Below, piece by piece: positions 54,369-62,706 of a stretch of 64,000 nt of DNA (positions are counted from its first letter, which is position 1; every line of letters begins with the position of its first letter). The notes under the pieces were generated by a model, which did not search any database, was not told where the DNA came from, and worked only from the letters and a program-made list of their open reading frames with translations. This stretch comes from Candidatus Methylomirabilota bacterium (GTDB lineage Bacteria > Methylomirabilota > Methylomirabilia > Rokubacteriales > CSP1-6). The DNA lies in NCBI GenBank assembly GCA_035315345.1, contig DATFYA010000187.1:3436-67435 (forward strand). Reading direction: 5' to 3'. Both the position numbers and the translations under genes were made by a program.

Positions 54369-54920
54369 ATGATCCGCGGCGTGCCCGGCCGCACCCCGCG
54401 CGTGCACCCGGAGGCCTACGTGGATCCGGCCGCCCAGGTGATCGGCGACGTGACGATCGACGCGGGGGCCAGCGTGTGGCCGTTCACGGTGCTCCGCGGC
54501 GACCAGGACAACTTCGTCAAGCTCGGCCGCAACTCCAACGTGCAGGACAACTCGGTGCTCCACGTCACCCCCGAGTTCCCGTGCATCGTCGGCGACAACG
54601 TGACGATCGGCCATCGGGCGGTCGTGCACGCGTGCACCGTCATGAGCAACTGCCGCATCGGCATCGGCGCGGTGGTGCTGACCGGGGCGGTCGTGGAGGA
54701 GGGCGCGCAGGTGGGCGCGGGCGCGCTGGTGCCGCCGGGCAAGGTGGTGCCGGCGGGCTGGCTCGTCATGGGCGTGCCGGCCAAGCCGGTGCGGAAGATG
54801 AGCCAGGACGAGCTCGACGACATCCTCCGCAACGCCGTCGAATATCTCGACCTCTGGCACCGCGACTATCGGGGTCAGGTCTTGCATTCCGACATTTCCG
54901 GGTCTGACCCCGGGAGCTGA
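54369..54920 (+). CDS. gamma-class carbonic anhydrase family (left-handed beta-helix) protein
   Basis: Track ORF. Hexapeptide-repeat pattern VIGDVTIDAGASVW...VLRGD...IGHRAVVHAC. The last ~15 codons are encoded by the repeat copy at 54871-54911. Confidence 0.85.
   Translation: MIRGVPGRTPRVHPEAYVDPAAQVIGDVTIDAGASVWPFTVLRGDQDNFVKLGRNSNVQDNSVLHVTPEFPCIVGDNVTIGHRAVVHACTVMSNCRIGIGAVVLTGAVVEEGAQVGAGALVPPGKVVPAGWLVMGVPAKPVRKMSQDELDDILRNAVEYLDLWHRDYRGQVLHSDISGSDPGS
54871..54911. repeat. truncated copy of the 85-bp palindromic element
   Basis: GGGGTCAGGTCTTGCATTCCGACATTT matches 26 of 27 positions of the arm at 20907. It is followed directly by CCGGGTCTGACCCC, which closes a short hairpin. Confidence 0.75.
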
Positions 54921-54935
54921 CGTCCTGACCCCCGA

Positions 54936-55724
54936 TCAGGGGACGTTCGGGGTGGCGCCGAGATCGCGGGCGGTCCGGAGATCGGCGGATTGATCGCGCA
55001 GGATCGTGGGGCTCATCACGATCTCCTCGATCACGGTGCGCGCGGGCAGGGTCACGCACAGCAGGATGGCGCGGGCCACGTCCTCGGCCTGCATCATGGT
55101 GGCCCGCGCCGTCTCGTCGGGCACCAGCGGCCGGTTGTCGAGGATCGGCGTGTCCACCTCGGCCGGCATGATGGTGGTGGCGCGGATGCCCTTCTCGCGC
55201 AGCACGGTGTGCACGTGGCCCATCAGGTTGCGGACGCCGGCCTTGGCCGCCCCGTACGGCGCGCCGCCGATGAGCCCGGGCTTCAGCGCGGCCAGCGAGC
55301 TGACCGTGATGATGGTCCCGCCGCCGCGCGCGATCATGCTGGGCAGGACCGCCTGGGTGAGCGCGTAGACGCCGGTCAGGTTCACGTTGACCACGGCGTC
55401 CCACTCGTCCTGGGGCACCCAGCGCACGTTGCGGGCCTTGCTGGAGTGGCCCGCGTTGTTCACCAGCACGTCCACCCGGCCGTACTGGGCCACCGTCCAC
55501 GCGGCGAGCGCGCGCGCCTCCGCAGGCCGCGCCACGTCGCACACGCGGGCCGCCGCGCGGCCGCCCGCCGCGGTGATCTCGCCGGCCACCGCCTCGATCG
55601 GCGCCTTGCGCCGGCCCGACACCACCACCAGCGCCCCCTCGGCCGCCAGCATCAGGGCCGCCGAGCGGCCGATGCCGGTGCCGCCACCCGTCATGATCGC
55701 CACCTGTCCGTCGAGCACTGCCAT
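54936..55724 (-). CDS. SDR family oxidoreductase
   Basis: Track ORF. MTGGGTGIGRS (TGxxxGxG), NNAG, YGAAKAG (YxxxK). Confidence 0.88.
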   Translation of the reverse strand: MAVLDGQVAIMTGGGTGIGRSAALMLAAEGALVVVSGRRKAPIEAVAGEITAAGGRAAARVCDVARPAEARALAAWTVAQYGRVDVLVNNAGHSSKARNVRWVPQDEWDAVVNVNLTGVYALTQAVLPSMIARGGGTIITVSSLAALKPGLIGGAPYGAAKAGVRNLMGHVHTVLREKGIRATTIMPAEVDTPILDNRPLVPDETARATMMQAEDVARAILLCVTLPARTVIEEIVMSPTILRDQSADLRTARDLGATPNVP

Positions 55725-55757
55725 GACCCGTCCCTCCCGTGATCTCGAGGCGGCGCC

Positions 55758-56381
55758 TCAGCGCCACGCCCAGACCGGCTGTTCGAAATGGTCCACGCGC
55801 GTGGGCCGCCCGTGCACCACGACCTCGCGCATCTGGTAGAGCACCGCCGCGGTGGGCGCGTGGATGAGCGTGCCGAGCAGCGGTAGCTGGATCACCGGCC
55901 GATCGCTCTCCGGGATGCTGATGAGCCGCGGCACGTCCGGCCCGTCCAGCTCGGCGAGCGGCACGCGATAGATCCCGGCGACCTCGTGCGGGTTGGCCAC
56001 CAGCTCGTGGTCGGGCTCGGCCCACACCACCACCGGGGTGATGATGAAGCCGGAGCGCGTGCCGTAGTCGTCGAGCACCCCGAGCACGGTGCTCTCGTCG
56101 AGGGTCAGGCCGACCTCCTCCTGTAGCTCGCGCAGGGCCGCGCGCTCGGCGGTCTCACCGGTGTCGACCCGTCCACCCGGCAGTGCCCACTGACCGGTAT
56201 GCCGGCGCAGCGTGGCGGCCCGCCGGGTGATGAGGAAGCAGGCGCGGCCCTCCTCGTCGGGCAACAGCACCTCCGCGACCGCCGCGCGCCGGCGCCCGTC
56301 GTCCGGCAGCGCGCGCCGCTCGAAGGCGGCCAGGTGGGCGCGCGCCCGGTCGAGCAGCGCGCTGTCCAGCCGCGCCGGCAC
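55758..56381 (-). CDS. NUDIX hydrolase, CoA pyrophosphatase-like
   Basis: GTG 56381 (TAGTG 1-nt overlap with the upstream stop) within track ORF 55758..56954. Nudix box GGRVDTGETAERAALRELQEEVGL, preceded by FLITRRAATLRRHTGQWALPGG (CoA-type signature). Confidence 0.8.
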   Translation of the reverse strand: MPARLDSALLDRARAHLAAFERRALPDDGRRRAAVAEVLLPDEEGRACFLITRRAATLRRHTGQWALPGGRVDTGETAERAALRELQEEVGLTLDESTVLGVLDDYGTRSGFIITPVVVWAEPDHELVANPHEVAGIYRVPLAELDGPDVPRLISIPESDRPVIQLPLLGTLIHAPTAAVLYQMREVVVHGRPTRVDHFEQPVWAWR

Positions 56382-57172
56382 TAGTAGGCCGGCAGCTTCC
56401 CGGTCTTGGTGCCGGTCTTGCGCACGATGCCGACTTCCTCGGCGGCCTTGGCCGCCATGTGCCGGCTGTCGCTGGCGAGGGTCACGAACTGATAGCCCTC
56501 GGCGATCATCTTGAGCGCGTAGGTCGCGGTGGCGTTGTGGATGCCCGCGACCACGTTGTGCCGCTTGCACGCCGCCGCGATCTTCTTCTGGGCGTCCACC
56601 ACCGGGGCGTCGGTCTGGTCGAGCCGGGGCTTCAGCCCCATGGCCAGGCTCAGGTCCGAGGGGCCCACGTAGATGGCGTCCACGCCGTCGACGCTCAGGA
56701 TGTCGTCGAGGTTCTTGAGCGCCTCCGCGGTCTCGATCATCGGCATCACGATGGTCTCGACGTTGGCGTGATCGCCGTAGTCGCCCCCCGCATAGAGGGA
56801 AGCGCGCACCGGTCCCCAGCTCCGGTAGCCGCGGGGCGGATACTTGCACGCGCGCACCATCGCCTCGGCCTCCTGCGGGGTGTTGATCATCGGACAGATG
56901 ACGCCGTAGGCGCCCGCGTCGAGGATCTTCATCAGGCGCGCCGGGTCGTTCCACGGCACCCGGGCCAGCGGCACCACCCCGAGCGTCGAGATGCCCTGCA
57001 GCATGCTCACCGCCACCTGGTAGTCCACCACGCCGTGCTGCATGTCGATGGTGAGCGAGTCGAACCCCTGGTGGGCCATCACCTCGGCCGAGAAGCCGCT
57101 CGGAATGGACAGCCAGCCGTTGACCACCGCCTCACCCCTGCCCCAGATCTTCTTCAGCGCGTTCTCTCTCAT
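56381..57172 (-). CDS. HpcH/HpaI family aldolase
   Basis: Track ORF. GWLSIPSGFSAEVMAHQGFDSLTIDMQHG and IETAEAL...VDAIYVGPSDLS patterns. Confidence 0.88.
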   Translation of the reverse strand: MRENALKKIWGRGEAVVNGWLSIPSGFSAEVMAHQGFDSLTIDMQHGVVDYQVAVSMLQGISTLGVVPLARVPWNDPARLMKILDAGAYGVICPMINTPQEAEAMVRACKYPPRGYRSWGPVRASLYAGGDYGDHANVETIVMPMIETAEALKNLDDILSVDGVDAIYVGPSDLSLAMGLKPRLDQTDAPVVDAQKKIAAACKRHNVVAGIHNATATYALKMIAEGYQFVTLASDSRHMAAKAAEEVGIVRKTGTKTGKLPAY

Positions 57173-57187
57173 GGCTCTCCCGATGGG

Positions 57188-58354
57188 CTAGATGACTTTG
57201 TCGTGGCGAAGGGAGGCGATATCGGCGGCGGAGTAGCCGAGCTCGGTCAGGATCTCGTCGTTGTGCTCGCCGGTGTCGGGCGCCGGCGTGCGCACGCGCC
57301 CGGGCGTGCGGGACAGCGTGACCGGCGGCGCCTGCAGGTGCAGCTCGCCGAGCGCCGGATGCGCCACCGGCACCGCCATCTTCAGATGCCGAATCTGCTC
57401 GTTGTCGTACACCTGCTGGACGTCGAGGATCGGCCCCGACGGCACGCCCTTGGCGTTGAGCAGCTCCACCCACTCCTGGGTCGTGCGCTTGCCGAAGGCC
57501 CGCTCCAGCTCGCCCGCGAGGGCCTTGCGGTTCTTCGATCGATCCGGGGCAGTGCGGAAGCGCGGATCGTCCAGCAGCGGCTCGGTGCCCAGCGTCTCGC
57601 ACAGGCGCCGGAACATGTGCTGGCCCGAGGCCGCGATGTTGAGGTGGCCGTCGGCGGTCCGGAACACGCCGGTCGGGATCGCGGTGGGATGGTCGTTGCC
57701 GGCCTGCGGCGGAATCTCCTTGCCGATCAGCCAGCGGGCGGCCTGGAAGTCGAGCATCGTGACCATCGCCTGGAGCAGCGAGGTGTGCACCCACTGACCC
57801 TTCCCGGAGCGCTCGCGCTCGAGCAGCGCCACCAAGATGCCCTGGGCCAGGAAGATGCCGGCGGTCAGATCGGCCACCGGGATGCCCACGCGGACCGGCC
57901 CCTGGCCGGGCAGGCCGGTGATGGACATGAGCCCGCCCATGCCCTGGGCGATCTGATCGTAGCCGGGACGATCGCGATACGGCCCGTCCTGGCCGAAGCC
58001 CGAGATACTGCCGTAGATCAGCCGCGGGTTGATGCGGGAGAGCGTCTCGTAGTCGATGCCGAGCCGCGTCTTGACGTCGGGCCGGAAGTTCTCCACGACG
58101 ACATCCGCATTCTTGACCAGCTTGTGGATGATCTGGATCCCGCGCGGCGACTTCAGGTCCAGCGTGAGCGAGCGCTTGTTGCGGTGGAGGTTCTGGGAGT
58201 CGAAGCCGCGCCGCGGGAAGTCGCCCTCCACGTCCTCGCGCGCGGAGATCTGGACGACCTGCGCGCCCATGTCGGCGAGCTGGCGCACGCAGGTGGGGCC
58301 CGAGCGGGCGCGAGTGAGATCGATCACGGTGTAGGGGGCCAGCGGCAGCGTCAT
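57188..58354 (-). CDS. CaiB/BaiF family (class III) CoA-transferase
   Basis: ATG 58354 (ATGA overlap) within track ORF 57188..58582. VIDLTRARSGPTCVRQLADMGAQVV, VENFRPDV, GYDQIAQGMGGLMSITG. Confidence 0.88.
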   Translation of the reverse strand: MTLPLAPYTVIDLTRARSGPTCVRQLADMGAQVVQISAREDVEGDFPRRGFDSQNLHRNKRSLTLDLKSPRGIQIIHKLVKNADVVVENFRPDVKTRLGIDYETLSRINPRLIYGSISGFGQDGPYRDRPGYDQIAQGMGGLMSITGLPGQGPVRVGIPVADLTAGIFLAQGILVALLERERSGKGQWVHTSLLQAMVTMLDFQAARWLIGKEIPPQAGNDHPTAIPTGVFRTADGHLNIAASGQHMFRRLCETLGTEPLLDDPRFRTAPDRSKNRKALAGELERAFGKRTTQEWVELLNAKGVPSGPILDVQQVYDNEQIRHLKMAVPVAHPALGELHLQAPPVTLSRTPGRVRTPAPDTGEHNDEILTELGYSAADIASLRHDKVI

Positions 58355-59256
58355 CGCGAATCTCCCGGGGCGCTCGCATCGGCGGGCATGATCGCCGAGC
58401 CAGTCTGCGACCTGGGGTTGCGGAGCGGCCAGCGCCCGGCGTCCACCGCGGTGAGGAAGTCGAGCAGGGCGCGGTTGAAGAGGTCGGGGTCCTCGAGGTT
58501 GATGGTGTGGCCGGCCTTCGGGATCACCACCAGCCCGGACGAGCGGATCTTGCGCTTCATGAAGATGGCCGGCTCGAGGCACGGGTCGTCCTCGTCGCCG
58601 GTCATGATCAGCGTTGGCACCTCGAGCCGCTCCATCGCGGCTTCCAGCTCGAAGATGGACGGCCGCGACATCTGCACGCCCCGCATGGTCAGCGCGTGGC
58701 CCCGCGCGGACTGGGCCACGAACTGGTCGTAGAACTCCTGCCAGCCCCGCGGATCCTTGTCCATGAACTGCACGCGGGTCGGGCCCTTGGTGTAGAACGA
58801 GGCGACGCCGGCCATGCCCTCGGTCTCGAAGCGCCGCGCGGTCTCGTCCACGTCGCGGCGGAACCGCTCGCGCTCGCCGGGCACGCTGCCGTAGCCGGCG
58901 CCCGCGACCGTCAGCGACAGCGCGCGCTCCGGATGCCGCAGGCCGAAGTGCAGCACCGCGTAGCCGCCCATCGAGAGTCCGCAGATGTGGGCGCGGTCGA
59001 TGCGGAGATGATCGAGGACGCCCAGGATGTCGTCCGCGGCCTGTTGCTGCGAGTACGCCTCGGGCTTGTCGGGTACGTCCGACGGCGGATAGCCCCGCGC
59101 GTTGTAGGCGATGGTGCGATAGCGCCGGGCGAAGCCGCGCACCTGCAGGTGCCAGCTCTGGTAGTCGCCCGCGAACTCGTGGACGAAGACCAGGGGCACG
59201 CCCTGTCCGGTCTCCTCGTAGAACAGCTTGACTTCGCCGACGTGGGCGAACGGCAT
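58351..59256 (-). CDS. alpha/beta hydrolase
   Basis: ATG 59256 within track ORF 58351..60021. LVFVHEFAGD, nucleophile elbow GLSMGG, distal KAGHTINLE. Confidence 0.85.
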   Translation of the reverse strand: MPFAHVGEVKLFYEETGQGVPLVFVHEFAGDYQSWHLQVRGFARRYRTIAYNARGYPPSDVPDKPEAYSQQQAADDILGVLDHLRIDRAHICGLSMGGYAVLHFGLRHPERALSLTVAGAGYGSVPGERERFRRDVDETARRFETEGMAGVASFYTKGPTRVQFMDKDPRGWQEFYDQFVAQSARGHALTMRGVQMSRPSIFELEAAMERLEVPTLIMTGDEDDPCLEPAIFMKRKIRSSGLVVIPKAGHTINLEDPDLFNRALLDFLTAVDAGRWPLRNPRSQTGSAIMPADASAPGDSR

Positions 59257-59305
59257 GGCCTGGCTCCCGATGGCTGCGAGGGATCGCGCGCGACGCGCAA
59301 GCGGC

Positions 59306-59334
59306 AGTCTACTCCAGGCCGCGAGCGCGCTCAA
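59306..59334 (-). promoter_or_regulatory. candidate sigma70 promoter TTGAGC-17-TAGACT
   Basis: On the minus strand, TTGAGC lies at 59334-29 and TAGACT at 59311-06, about 50 nt upstream of ATG 59256, which has a GGGAG SD. Confidence 0.4.
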
Positions 59335-59357
59335 CCGACCCGTCTCCGTCTCGGGAC

Positions 59358-60395
59358 TCAGAAGGACCAGCCCGCGCCGAGGATGAAGCGCTGGTCGGTC
59401 GTGTCCCGTCCCGGAGCGGGCCGCGAGTCGTAGCGCAGCTCGTAGCGGAACTCGGCGAACAGGGCCTTCCACACGCTCAGGCGCACGCCGGCGTCGGCGT
59501 TCAGCAGGTAGTCCCCGCCCGGATCCTCGAACGCGGGCAGGTACTCGAGCTTGTGGTAGAGGTACAGCGGATCGATCGGGGTCCAGTCCACCGCGTAGGC
59601 CAGCCGCGCGGCCACGAACTCGTGGCTCGGGGCGTGCTTGAAGTTCTCGTAGACCCACGACACACCGGTTTCCGTCAAGAGATTGAACCTGGGCCCCTCG
59701 TACCACTGATAGCCCACGCCGACGCCGGGGGCGAGCCGTACCTCGAGCTCCGCGACCTCGTCGTGCTCGGCCTTGAAGTTGAGGTAGCCGTAGAACTTCT
59801 TGGTGAAGAAATGATCGTACTTCGCCAAGGCCATGGCGTAGTTGATGGTGGTGCTCTTCTCGCCGGTGTCCGGGTCCTCCTGCCGCCCGTAGGAATATTC
59901 CGCGCCCAGGGTGAGCCGGTCGTGAGGCCAGCGCTTCGCGGCGTTGGCGAGGAAGCCGAGCTGCTCGGTCTGGGAGTTGCCGGTGGTCAGCAAGCCGTTC
60001 AGGGACAGCGCGCCCTTCCACTCGGGCAGCGGGGGATTGATGACCGCGATGTCGGTGATGGGCACGGGCTGCGGCGGCGCTCCCGGCGCCGGGCTCGCCT
60101 CGACCTGACGGTCGGGGCCGGCCGCCACCCGCGAGGTCACCGGGGGCTCATCCTCGGCGCCCTTCCGGCCCACCCGCACCGGCTCGTCGGTGGAGAACGT
60201 CTTCACCTTGCTGAGATCGACGGTGACGTCGCCGGCGCCTTCCGTCTTGATCGTCAGCTTGCCGCCGGTGGCGCTCTGGATCTTGCCGGTGAGGCGGTCG
60301 CCGTTCAGGAAGAGGACCTCGTCGGCGAACGATGGAGTGGCCCATACCGCGACGAGACCGACGACGAGGGAGAGAACGAGGGTCAGGCGCGGCAT
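59358..60395 (-). CDS. DUF481-like outer-membrane beta-barrel protein
   Basis: ATG 60395 with GGGAGGA RBS, within track ORF 59358..60935. Signal peptide, LFLNGDRLTGKI N-terminal motif, alternating beta-strand pattern, C-terminal ...GAGWSF. Confidence 0.7.
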   Translation of the reverse strand: MPRLTLVLSLVVGLVAVWATPSFADEVLFLNGDRLTGKIQSATGGKLTIKTEGAGDVTVDLSKVKTFSTDEPVRVGRKGAEDEPPVTSRVAAGPDRQVEASPAPGAPPQPVPITDIAVINPPLPEWKGALSLNGLLTTGNSQTEQLGFLANAAKRWPHDRLTLGAEYSYGRQEDPDTGEKSTTINYAMALAKYDHFFTKKFYGYLNFKAEHDEVAELEVRLAPGVGVGYQWYEGPRFNLLTETGVSWVYENFKHAPSHEFVAARLAYAVDWTPIDPLYLYHKLEYLPAFEDPGGDYLLNADAGVRLSVWKALFAEFRYELRYDSRPAPGRDTTDQRFILGAGWSF

Positions 60396-60471
60396 GGAGT
60401 ATCCTCCCTTGAGAGGTGCGGGGCAGTGCGCAGGACGCATGGCCCGTCCAGGTAACCGGAAGTCGCAGCGT

Positions 60472-60501
60472 TTGACAACCGTGACGAGCGTGGAACACAA
60501 T
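60472..60501 (+). promoter_or_regulatory. candidate sigma70 promoter TTGACA-18-CACAAT
   Basis: Perfect -35 TTGACA at 60472-77 and CACAAT at 60496-501, about 70 nt upstream of ATG 60573. Confidence 0.35.
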
Positions 60502-60572
60502 CGCGCGCGTCGCCTCGGATGATCGCCGCATCGTCCGCCGTCGGGCCGAACGCCCGGGAAAGGCTTCAACCA

Positions 60573-61436
60573 ATGCGCACCACGACCCGACTCCGGCAGA
60601 TGCTCAACGCGCCCGGCATCATCGTCGCGCCCGGCGCCTACGACGGCTTCTCCGCGCGCCTCATCGAGGCGGCCGGCTTCGAGGCGGTGTACATGACCGG
60701 CGCGGGTACCGCCGCGTCGCATCTCGGGCAGCCCGATCTGGGCCTGGCCACGCTGACCGAGATGGCCAATCACGCCGGGCACCTCGCCTCCTGCGTGTCG
60801 CTGCCGGTGATCGCCGATGCCGACACCGGTTACGGCAACGTGCTCAACGTGGTGCGCACGGTGCGGGAGTACGAGAAGGCGGGCGTGGCCGGGCTGCACA
60901 TCGAGGATCAGGTGGCGCCGAAGAAGTGCGGGCACATCGCGGGCAAGCAGGTGATCCCGACCGAGGAATTCTGCGACAAGATCCGCGCGGCCGCCGAGTA
61001 CCGCACCGACCCCGACTTCGTGATCATCGCCCGCACCGACGCGCGCGCGGTCACCGGCCTGGACGACGCGATCGACCGCGGCAACCGCTACGCGGCCGCC
61101 GGTGCCGACGTCATCTTCTTCGAGGCGCCCCAGACCGAGGACGAGATCCGCCAGGTGGCGCGCGAGATCAAGGCCCCGCTGCTCGCCAACATGGTCATCG
61201 GCGGCAAGACGCCCGCGGTCCCGGTCTCCGAGCTGGAGCGGATGGGGTTCAAGATGGTGATCTTCCCGGCGGTGTGCATGGCCGCCGCCGTGCCCGCGAT
61301 GGAGAAGTCACTGGCCTACCTCAAGGAGCACGGCACCGACTGGCAGCCCGGGCCGGTGCTGGCCCCGATGGACATCTTCCGGCGCGTGGGCTTCGACTGG
61401 TGGCACGGCATCGAGGAGAAGTTCGCCGGCCGCTAG
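60573..61436 (+). CDS. isocitrate lyase/PEP mutase family enzyme (methylisocitrate lyase / carboxyvinyl-carboxyphosphonate phosphorylmutase-like)
   Basis: ATG 60573 within track ORF 60519..61436. APGAYDGFSARLIEAAGFEAVYMTGAG, PVIADADTGYGN, GLHIEDQVAPKKCGH motifs. Confidence 0.85.
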   Translation: MRTTTRLRQMLNAPGIIVAPGAYDGFSARLIEAAGFEAVYMTGAGTAASHLGQPDLGLATLTEMANHAGHLASCVSLPVIADADTGYGNVLNVVRTVREYEKAGVAGLHIEDQVAPKKCGHIAGKQVIPTEEFCDKIRAAAEYRTDPDFVIIARTDARAVTGLDDAIDRGNRYAAAGADVIFFEAPQTEDEIRQVAREIKAPLLANMVIGGKTPAVPVSELERMGFKMVIFPAVCMAAAVPAMEKSLAYLKEHGTDWQPGPVLAPMDIFRRVGFDWWHGIEEKFAGR

Positions 61437-61450
61437 ACCGGAGTCCGCTC

Positions 61451-61897
61451 ATGTCCGGGCCCACGAGATACCCCGGCTTGGCTGAGCGCATGAGAGTCCG
61501 CGTGCTGTTCTTCGTGCTCACGTGGCTCACCGGGCTGTTGCTGGCCGCGTCCTTTGCCAGCGCGGCGTATGGCTTCGGGCGCATGGCGGCGCCGGAGCGC
61601 ACGGACGTGATCAGCCTGGCCATCTTCGGGGCGATCGGGCTGCTGTCGCAGGCCGGGCTGTTGCTGGCGCCCTGGGCGGTCACGCGGGGGACGACGCCGC
61701 GGACCATCGCCGCGCTCTTGATGGGACCGTCGGGCGTGTTCCTCAGCATCTTCGCCTACGAGGGGTTCACGCGGTACGCCGCGGGCGCCCCGATCTGGGT
61801 GGTGGCCTGGGCGGCGTATGTCTGCGGCGTGTTCGTCTATGCGGCCGTCTACGTGGCCCTGGCGCGCGGCCGGCTCGGGCGACGCCCGGGGGAGTAG
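61451..61897 (+). CDS. hypothetical membrane protein (about 4 hydrophobic segments)
   Basis: ATG 61451 within track ORF 60926..61897. G/C-rich third positions and hydrophobic helices. No family recognised. Confidence 0.5.
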   Translation: MSGPTRYPGLAERMRVRVLFFVLTWLTGLLLAASFASAAYGFGRMAAPERTDVISLAIFGAIGLLSQAGLLLAPWAVTRGTTPRTIAALLMGPSGVFLSIFAYEGFTRYAAGAPIWVVAWAAYVCGVFVYAAVYVALARGRLGRRPGE

Positions 61898-61940
61898 CCG
61901 CAGGCACCGTATCTGGTAGGGCTCCTTCCGAGGGCCCCAC

Positions 61941-61982
61941 TGTATTTTGTTGTTGCAATATACTAAACAAATGACGTGTAAT
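61941..61982 (+). promoter_or_regulatory. AT-rich promoter/operator island upstream of imuA (candidate SOS operator)
   Basis: By my count, only 11 G/C in 42 nt. TTGCAA (61953-58), 18-nt spacer, TGTAAT (61977-82). Dyads TTTGTT-N14-AACAAA (61946-71) and TTGTT-N11-AACAA overlap the -35 box. Confidence 0.35.
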
Positions 61983-62013
61983 CAGCCCGAGACATCTATA
62001 AAGAGAACGCGGC

Positions 62014-62706
62014 ATGGCTATCCCGATCGAGTCCTCACCTCCGCCAGGGTGGGATCGTGAAGGGATCGACGGCCTGCTCGGCCTGTTCCCGCCGGGTCGG
62101 CTCAGCGAGATCGTCGGCCCCCGATCCTCCGGCGGCAGCAGCCTGCTCCTGGCCCTCATTGCCCGGATCACGACTCGCGGGCAGGTGGCCTACGTGGACG
62201 GGATGGATGCGCTCGATCCCGCCTCCGCCGCGACGGCCGGCGTCGATCTCTCCGCGCTGCTCTGGGTGAAGTGTGCAGGCCGTCTCCGCACGGCGCTGAG
62301 CGCCGCCGATCTGCTCGCCCGTTGTCCCGGCTTCTCGCTGATCGTCCTCGACCTCGACGACCTCGGGCCCGTGCCTTTCGCCGCTCAGATCCGGCTGCAG
62401 CGGGCGGTGGAAGACCGCGACGCGGCATTGGTCGTCCATACTGCACGTCATCGCGAGGGCAGCCCCGCCTCGCTGGTCGTGACGACTCGGCGTCTGGCTC
62501 CCCGCTGGAGGGGACTGCGTCCGCTCACCCGTCTCGGTGGGCTTCGCTCCGAGGTCTCCATCGCCCGCTCCCGCCTCCACCCCTCCTCCCTCTCCCCCCT
62601 GGGGAGAGGGCAGGGTGAGGGGGCTGAGGGTGAGGGGGCTGAGGGTGAGGGGGCTGGAGGTGAGAGAGGTGAGGGGCAGACCTGGGCCCTCGACTGGACC
62701 CTATGA
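62014..62706 (+). CDS. imuA: translesion-synthesis-associated RecA/SulA-like protein ImuA
   Basis: Track ORF. GRLSEIVGPRSSGGSSLLLALIA degenerate P-loop region, followed directly by imuB (ATGA overlap). The C-terminal tail GRGQGEGAEGEGAEGEGAGGERGEG is repeat-derived. Confidence 0.78.
   Translation: MAIPIESSPPPGWDREGIDGLLGLFPPGRLSEIVGPRSSGGSSLLLALIARITTRGQVAYVDGMDALDPASAATAGVDLSALLWVKCAGRLRTALSAADLLARCPGFSLIVLDLDDLGPVPFAAQIRLQRAVEDRDAALVVHTARHREGSPASLVVTTRRLAPRWRGLRPLTRLGGLRSEVSIARSRLHPSSLSPLGRGQGEGAEGEGAEGEGAGGERGEGQTWALDWTL
62588..62680. repeat. REP-like hairpin plus 15-bp tandem repeats embedded in the imuA 3' coding region
   Basis: CCCTCTCCCC-CCT-GGGGAGAGGG at 62588-62610. This is followed by GGGTGAGGGGGCTGA repeated at 62613, 62628 and 62643, then degenerate copies. 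Confidence 0.8.

Noticed and set aside
61941-61982. Canonical LexA boxes upstream of imuA (CTGT-N8-ACAG, GAAC-N4-GTTC, GTTC-N7-GTTC, TTAG-N6-TACTA).
   Set aside because: None is present on inspection. Only non-canonical dyads are seen, so no specific LexA-box type is claimed.
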